From the NCBI GenBank assembly GCA_040752575.1, contig JBFMGK010000003.1, forward strand, positions 1 through 64,000: a DNA stretch of 64,000 nt, read 5' to 3'. The notes beneath the pieces were generated by a model. The model was not told where the DNA came from. It saw only the letters and a program-made list of their open reading frames with translations, and did no database searches. The first letter of the stretch is position 1; each line of letters starts with the position of its first letter. Both the position numbers and the translations under genes were made by a program. Positions 63,450 to 64,000 of this stretch are shown piece by piece. The DNA is from Candidatus Bipolaricaulota bacterium (GTDB lineage Bacteria > Bipolaricaulota > Bipolaricaulia > UBA7950 > UBA9294).

Positions 63450-64000
63450 ATGTATCCGACCATCTCGAAGCTGTTCGAGGACGCTACGCAAACGCATCGC
63501 GACCGCGTTGCGCTGCGGATGCCGATCCCGAAGGAACGCAAGAGCGGCCGCGGCGTTCAGCTTGTCCTTAACGAAGTGTCGTACGGCCGCCTCGGGGAAA
63601 TGGTGGGCCGATTGGCCGCCGCGCTGACAGAGCACGGGGTCGCACGAGGCGACCGCGTTGCGCTGATCTCCAAGCCGCGCACCGCGTGGGCGACCAGCTT
63701 CTTCGCCATCCTGCGCTGCGGCGCAACCGTCGTCCCGCTCGACCCCGAGCTGCAGAAGAACGAGATCGGACGGATCCTCGCCGAAGCTCAGGTGAAGGGC
63801 ATCGTGACCTCAGGGAGCAAGGCGGATGACCTCGTCGAGCTACGGAAGGAGGGTGTCCTCCCGTCGGCCTTCTTGGTCAGTATGGACCGCTCGAAGCACG
63901 AGGACGTGCTGTTTCTCGATGCCTTGCTGCTCGGCAAGACGCCGCTTCCGTTCGTCGAGGTGGATCCGCAGGACTTGGCGATCCTGATGTACACGTCGGG
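63450..64000 (+). CDS. AMP-binding enzyme (long-chain acyl-CoA synthetase-like), runs off the window
   Basis: Not in the track. AGGAGG RBS; MYPTISKLFE...GVARGDRVAL...VVPLDP...DLAILMYTSG. Confidence 0.9.
   Translation, partial: MYPTISKLFEDATQTHRDRVALRMPIPKERKSGRGVQLVLNEVSYGRLGEMVGRLAAALTEHGVARGDRVALISKPRTAWATSFFAILRCGATVVPLDPELQKNEIGRILAEAQVKGIVTSGSKADDLVELRKEGVLPSAFLVSMDRSKHEDVLFLDALLLGKTPLPFVEVDPQDLAILMYTS

Overview
High-GC bacterial chromosomal segment with about 60 genes. The style resembles Candidatus Bipolaricaulota/Acetothermia, but that is an unverified impression. Most content is housekeeping or envelope-related: a MacB-type ABC exporter with HtrA, exported PKD/PPC/Ig proteins, an S10 carboxypeptidase, three flavodoxin-like proteins, a long KamA-like radical SAM enzyme, TldD/TldE, an OmpR/BaeS-type two-component pair, a metal ABC transporter, a split lysine-ketoglutarate reductase/saccharopine dehydrogenase pair, three tRNAs, an F-type ATP synthase operon (Na+-type c subunit, no atpC), frr, uvrC, lysS, greA, rnpA, xseAB and trxB. 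The standout is a ~13 kb minus-strand type I restriction-modification operon (16.1-28.8 kb) with cargo genes inside it. In order it encodes: hsdM carrying an in-frame DUF559 endonuclease flanked by inverted palindromic repeats; an AlbA_2/Schlafen-HATPase-wHTH protein; a duplicated hsdM 3' end; hsdS; an OLD nuclease; a CX5R phosphatase followed in frame by an acidic tract; a RibD-like deaminase fused to the same HATPase-wHTH scaffold; and hsdR. Every gap in this operon is bridged by a short, translationally coupled ORF. Other signals are a shared CACA-N7-CACA box upstream of three exported-protein genes, several leaderless-type promoters and two small ORFs not called correctly in the track. All family assignments come from motif recognition by eye; no searches were run.
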